A DNA stretch of 37,903 nucleotides from a virus. Taxonomy: Duplodnaviria > Caudoviricetes. How positions within the stretch are numbered: the first letter of the stretch is position 1; each line of letters starts with the position of its first letter. The notes under the pieces were generated by a model. It saw only the letters and a list, made by a program, of their open reading frames with translations. It was not told the DNA's origin and searched no databases. The DNA lies in IMG/VR virus record IMGVR_UViG_3300014656_000012, positions 1-37,903 of that record. One strand, written 5' to 3'. The position numbers were made by a program, and so were the translations under genes. Below are positions 34,469-37,903 of the stretch, one piece after another.

Positions 34469-34681
34469 TTAATTGATTTGTTTGCATTTTATTATTTGTA
34501 TATTATCTATGTCTGATAATTCTTGTTTAGCGTTTGCTACTGCTTGCATAATGCTGTTTGCCCATACTGTCATGAATCTTACTCCTAGCATTAAATCTAT
34601 ACTAAAGACTATTTGATACTTGTGCATCGTGTAAGTCCAAGTCAACTTGGTCCTTAGTAATAATGTCTTGTAAGTCGTCAA
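34469..34681 (-). CDS. Hypothetical protein (start probably the internal MHKYQ)
   Basis: Y.IVF...TVWANS...AVANAK pattern of small phage proteins. Confidence 0.5.
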   Translation of the reverse strand: MTTYKTLLLRTKLTWTYTMHKYQIVFSIDLMLGVRFMTVWANSIMQAVANAKQELSDIDNIQIIKCKQIN

Positions 34682-34826
34682 CGACCTCTATATTTATTAC
34701 CTGACATTCCTGTCCACAACTTTCACAACATGAGATTGCTATCGGATCGTGATGATCTGCATAATTATCTCTATAAGTTTCCAATACCTTTGCCTTACAA
34801 CACTCTGACACTTCTATTTTATCCAT
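34602..34826 (-). CDS. Small Cys-rich protein
   Basis: SECC...CCESCGQEC; first ORF after the promoter at 34870-34924. Confidence 0.6.
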   Translation of the reverse strand: MDKIEVSECCKAKVLETYRDNYADHHDPIAISCCESCGQECQVINIEVVDDLQDIITKDQVDLDLHDAQVSNSL

Positions 34827-34869
34827 ATATTTTATCTTTTAATTTTTCTAATAAATTTGACCTACTGAC

Positions 34870-34924
34870 ATTATAGTTTATTGTAAGGAAGTATGCAAGC
34901 GTCTAATAGTGCAACTGTGGATAA
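34870..34924 (-). promoter_or_regulatory. Promoter with perfect DnaA box
   Basis: Minus strand: TTATCCACA (34924-34916), TTGCAT (34898-34893), 17 nt, TATAAT (34875-34870). Confidence 0.75.
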
Positions 34925-34950
34925 CTCGTGTCAAGCAGGAAAGGTAGGGT

Positions 34951-36282
34951 TTAAGCCATGAAAATGAGGATATGCTTAACAACTTCTTTATTGAAAGCAT
35001 TTCCCAAGCATTTATATCTCTGACTATTGCTGATTCCATCTGTATAATTATCTGGCATTGATTGTAGTCTTTCACATTCTATTGGGGTGAGTTTTCTTAT
35101 AGTTTGGTTTATTAAATAATCTCCCTGTTGTCCAGTTTGTAATGTTGGTGTTTTATCCCCCATATATACTCTTTTAGATTGGTCAAACACACCATCTCTT
35201 TCTTCCCATTCCATAATAGACTTATCAAATTCAGTTGTTGTAATATTTAGTAGTTCTTTTAACTTAAACCAAATATCTTCGCTTGGTATTGCAAAACTAT
35301 TATCATTTCTAAACCAATGTTCTACAAGAGTTTGTGGCTGATTTAATTTTTTGGCAATTTGCTTATTGGTTAAATTCTTATGACTTTGTAATACAAGTCT
35401 AAGTGTTTCAATATCAACTGGATATTTTCTGACACTTACTTTTTTATCTTGTATCATATACAACCCTGTTTTTGCTCCTCTACCGCCACCGAGGGCGGAT
35501 AGACCCACTGATTTACCTTCTGGCGAGTATATTCTGTCTCCTTGACCACCTTTGCCGATTTGACCGATACGAACTAAAGTCAGCCCATCAGTTCCTATAC
35601 CCTTATGAAGAGAGGCGGACATTGCTTTTGCTTTACCATCTTTAGATAATCCTTTTTCAATCCACTTAGTTTTTGTATCTGATTTTATAAAATACTTCTC
35701 ATCAACTTCTTCCTCTAATATATCTTTCAATAAAATTCCTCTATCTTCAGGTTGTGTAACATTCGGTATGTTAGTCCAAAATAATCTCTTTCTGTTCTGT
35801 GCTGATACAAGAGAAGCGTTTATCATTATGGGCTCTACACCCATTATCTCTGTTATTTGCTGTTTGGCTTCCTTTGGCATTGAGTTCACATTCTCTAGCA
35901 CGAAGTATTTAGGTTTAACTTCCTTTAGTATTCTTACATACTCGTAGAATAGCCCTGACCTTTCACCTTTGAGTCCTTGCCTGTTTTTCTTGGCTATTGA
36001 TAGGTCTTGGCAGGGAGATCCGCCAATCATTAAATCTATCTTTACATATTCAGGGTTATTCATATCAGTTGGAACACAAAGGCATCCGTCTGTTCTAGCA
36101 AGAGCTTTTATATTTTTGACATCACCCATTTGAACTGTATTCGGATGATTCTTCTGTGTAATACTTATCGCATACTTATCTATCTCACTTGCATAATACT
36201 CCACATCAAAGCCAAGTTCTTTTAGGGCTTGCTGTGCTACTGATATTCCATCAAATAAACTTAATACTTTTAGTTTTTTCAT
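34951..36282 (-). CDS. DNA (cytosine-5)-methyltransferase with internal HTH-like insertion
   Basis: LSLFDG (motif I), SEID, GGSPCQDLS (catalytic PC), FVLENV, AQNRKRLFW, RKLTPIECERLQ, LGNA. Confidence 0.95.
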   Translation of the reverse strand: MKKLKVLSLFDGISVAQQALKELGFDVEYYASEIDKYAISITQKNHPNTVQMGDVKNIKALARTDGCLCVPTDMNNPEYVKIDLMIGGSPCQDLSIAKKNRQGLKGERSGLFYEYVRILKEVKPKYFVLENVNSMPKEAKQQITEIMGVEPIMINASLVSAQNRKRLFWTNIPNVTQPEDRGILLKDILEEEVDEKYFIKSDTKTKWIEKGLSKDGKAKAMSASLHKGIGTDGLTLVRIGQIGKGGQGDRIYSPEGKSVGLSALGGGRGAKTGLYMIQDKKVSVRKYPVDIETLRLVLQSHKNLTNKQIAKKLNQPQTLVEHWFRNDNSFAIPSEDIWFKLKELLNITTTEFDKSIMEWEERDGVFDQSKRVYMGDKTPTLQTGQQGDYLINQTIRKLTPIECERLQSMPDNYTDGISNSQRYKCLGNAFNKEVVKHILIFMA

Positions 36283-36296
36283 AGTTATTTATATTC

Positions 36297-36986
36297 TTAC
36301 GCTCCCCTTACAAAATCTTCTTCGGCACGCTGGTTGAGGGAGGCGAGGCGGGCTTCGTCTATGGATTTTTCTTCGATGAAGGATTCCATATCTTTATAAA
36401 CATCTTCCACATAATTTAAAAATTTTATAATTTGAGTCATTGTTCTTTTTGTTTTAAAGAACTGTATATCTCCATCAAAGGATATAGTGTCTAAAAAAGA
36501 TCCTGAGGTTTCTTTTTTCGTAGGCATCCATATTAGTTGTATTTCCATATCTTCTGGCTTTACTTTATAAGTTATAAAATTTAAAGCGCAGTAAAAAGAT
36601 ATCTGCCCGAATTCATTTACTTTTTTTTGCGACCATTCGTAAGTTCCTCTTTTTCCCGTTTTATATTCTAGAAGTTTACTTTTTGTTGTAATACAAAATG
36701 AGTCACATCTTCCGGTGATTTTTATTCCTTTATAAACACAATCCCACTGATTTTCCATTTTGTTATGTCTCGGAATCTCTGGCAAGTATGTGGGATCAGT
36801 CTCAAGTAACTTTCCTATCTTGCTACCGAAGATAAGCTCAGGAGATGGCGGTTCCCTTCGATCTAAAATATAATTGGAATACCATTTCTCTTTAGACTCT
36901 GGAGAAAAGGTAAACGAACTGATTGATGACCAGGACAGAGGCCTCCGATGAAATTTCGATAAATTTTCTTCTATTTTATTTTCCAT
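36297..36986 (-). CDS. PD-(D/E)XK exonuclease (RecB/Cas4-like fold)
   Basis: LSWSSISSF, ITGRCD, LLEYKTG, QISFY. Confidence 0.85.
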   Translation of the reverse strand: MENKIEENLSKFHRRPLSWSSISSFTFSPESKEKWYSNYILDRREPPSPELIFGSKIGKLLETDPTYLPEIPRHNKMENQWDCVYKGIKITGRCDSFCITTKSKLLEYKTGKRGTYEWSQKKVNEFGQISFYCALNFITYKVKPEDMEIQLIWMPTKKETSGSFLDTISFDGDIQFFKTKRTMTQIIKFLNYVEDVYKDMESFIEEKSIDEARLASLNQRAEEDFVRGA

Positions 36987-37004
36987 TTTTATTTCTTAAT
37001 TCTG

Positions 37005-37903
37005 TCATATTTTTATATCATCTGGTAAAATCTCTCTTCCAAAACTATCTAAACTATGTCTCTTCGATTCTTCTTCATCTTCCTCACTCGTTAAATTACC
37101 ATTTTCAATCTCCATTATATCATCTATCTTTTCTATCCTTCTCACTATATTCCAGTCGGATTGTCTTATTATTCTCCACTCAAGTTGTTCCGATCTCGAC
37201 CTTTCGATGACCTTAACGGATGCAAGATTCTGTAAAATACTTCTCACCACATTTGTATCGAGTCCTATTTTATCTGCAACCTTTCCTGTCCCTAAATATT
37301 CTCCATATTGTATATTGGCAAGTATTTTTAATACCGCTCTCTTCTCCTCATTTGCAAGACTCCAACCACAGTGATCTATTATCTGCATATCTTTTTCGGA
37401 CAATTCCTGTTCCTCGTATTTTCTTATGATATGCAATCCTTTAGCAATGGATGTAAGTTGTAGCGCCACTCTCATAGGCATGGCAGATATGGGAATCCTA
37501 GTTATTGCTATCTGTTTGAAGTCCATGTGTACCGGAGTTCTTATCCTTTCAGCAAACTGTGCAATCGCTATAATTCTTTCCTGCACAATCTCTGGGAGTT
37601 CAATCAACCCCTTCTTCGATGTTTTAACTACTTCTTTAATATACTCTGCATATAAATGGGATAACGTATCATCAAGGTCTTTTCCACATATTTTTCTCCC
37701 CATAGCGAGCCTAGTAGCCTTCTCCGGATTATAATCTTTCATTCTATAGTATATAAACCTTTCTCCCATGTCTGCAACTTCTTCGAAATGATGATATATA
37801 GTAGGAGTTGAACCAGCAATTACACCCAGGTGTCCTTTCCATGTTATCGGCTCTCCACTTGTTCCCACGAATTTAGTCATCTCTCCATCGTATATCATAC
37901 GGA
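37005..37903 (-). CDS. MCM-like AAA+ helicase, C-terminal part (continuation of 499 to 1)
   Basis: IAGSTP (sensor 1-like), MGERF (Arg finger-like), PMRVALQL (sensor 2-like), C-terminal winged helix GKVADKIGLDTNVVRSILQNL. Confidence 0.78.
   Translation of the reverse strand, partial: RMIYDGEMTKFVGTSGEPITWKGHLGVIAGSTPTIYHHFEEVADMGERFIYYRMKDYNPEKATRLAMGRKICGKDLDDTLSHLYAEYIKEVVKTSKKGLIELPEIVQERIIAIAQFAERIRTPVHMDFKQIAITRIPISAMPMRVALQLTSIAKGLHIIRKYEEQELSEKDMQIIDHCGWSLANEEKRAVLKILANIQYGEYLGTGKVADKIGLDTNVVRSILQNLASVKVIERSRSEQLEWRIIRQSDWNIVRRIEKIDDIMEIENGNLTSEEDEEESKRHSLDSFGREILPDDIKI
37781..37903. repeat. Terminal direct repeat, right copy (circular assembly overlap)
   Basis: Identical to 1-123. 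Confidence 0.97.

Noticed and set aside
36297-36986. Cas4 as evidence of a CRISPR-related system
   Set aside because: It lacks the four-Cys Fe-S pattern of Cas4 and has no array nearby; a generic phage PD-(D/E)XK exonuclease is the simpler call.
860-37734. Numerous shadow ORFs antisense to or overlapping real genes (e.g. 860..1144, 2806..3219, 7880..8278, 20688..21236, 37426..37734)
   Set aside because: They lie opposite well-supported genes, have F/S/L/I-biased composition typical of reverse-complemented A-rich coding DNA, and show no motifs.

Overview
The window is a complete, circularly assembled ~37.8-kb tailed dsDNA phage genome: bases 1-123 repeat exactly at 37781-37903, giving a unit length of 37,780 bp. 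It is AT-rich and probably podovirus-like, since I see no tape-measure, tail-tube or sheath gene. The + strand (1.5-28.6 kb) carries a lone GroEL, small and large terminase, portal, scaffold, capsid proteins, adaptor and nozzle, two ejection proteins, fibre proteins, a papain-like peptidase/lysozyme-like fusion and holin-like proteins. The - strand (28.6 kb through the junction to 1.1 kb) carries a CHC2 zinc-finger protein, an MCM-like AAA+ helicase split by the contig ends, a PD-(D/E)XK exonuclease, a C5 DNA methyltransferase, a Gp157-like protein, an SNF2-like helicase and a resolvase-like nuclease. No integrase, DNA polymerase, tRNA or CRISPR array was recognised. Sigma70-type promoters together with A-rich, Shine-Dalgarno-less and often leaderless starts suggest a Patescibacteria (CPR)-like host (inference). 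Highlights: (1) the major capsid gene is split by an 865-nt group I intron carrying an HNH ORF, with splice sites readable from P1/P10; (2) a second HNH cassette appears to sit inside the start codon of the adjacent capsid gene and has no intron core; (3) four virion-module proteins have signal/anchor peptides, exactly two Cys each and A-[ST]-[ST]-[ST] motifs, three share a Leu-Gly motif after the anchor, and the phage encodes a papain-like protease; (4) DnaA boxes lie just upstream of several promoters; (5) several structured intergenic RNAs are unassigned. All protein assignments come from motif recognition by eye, not database searches.
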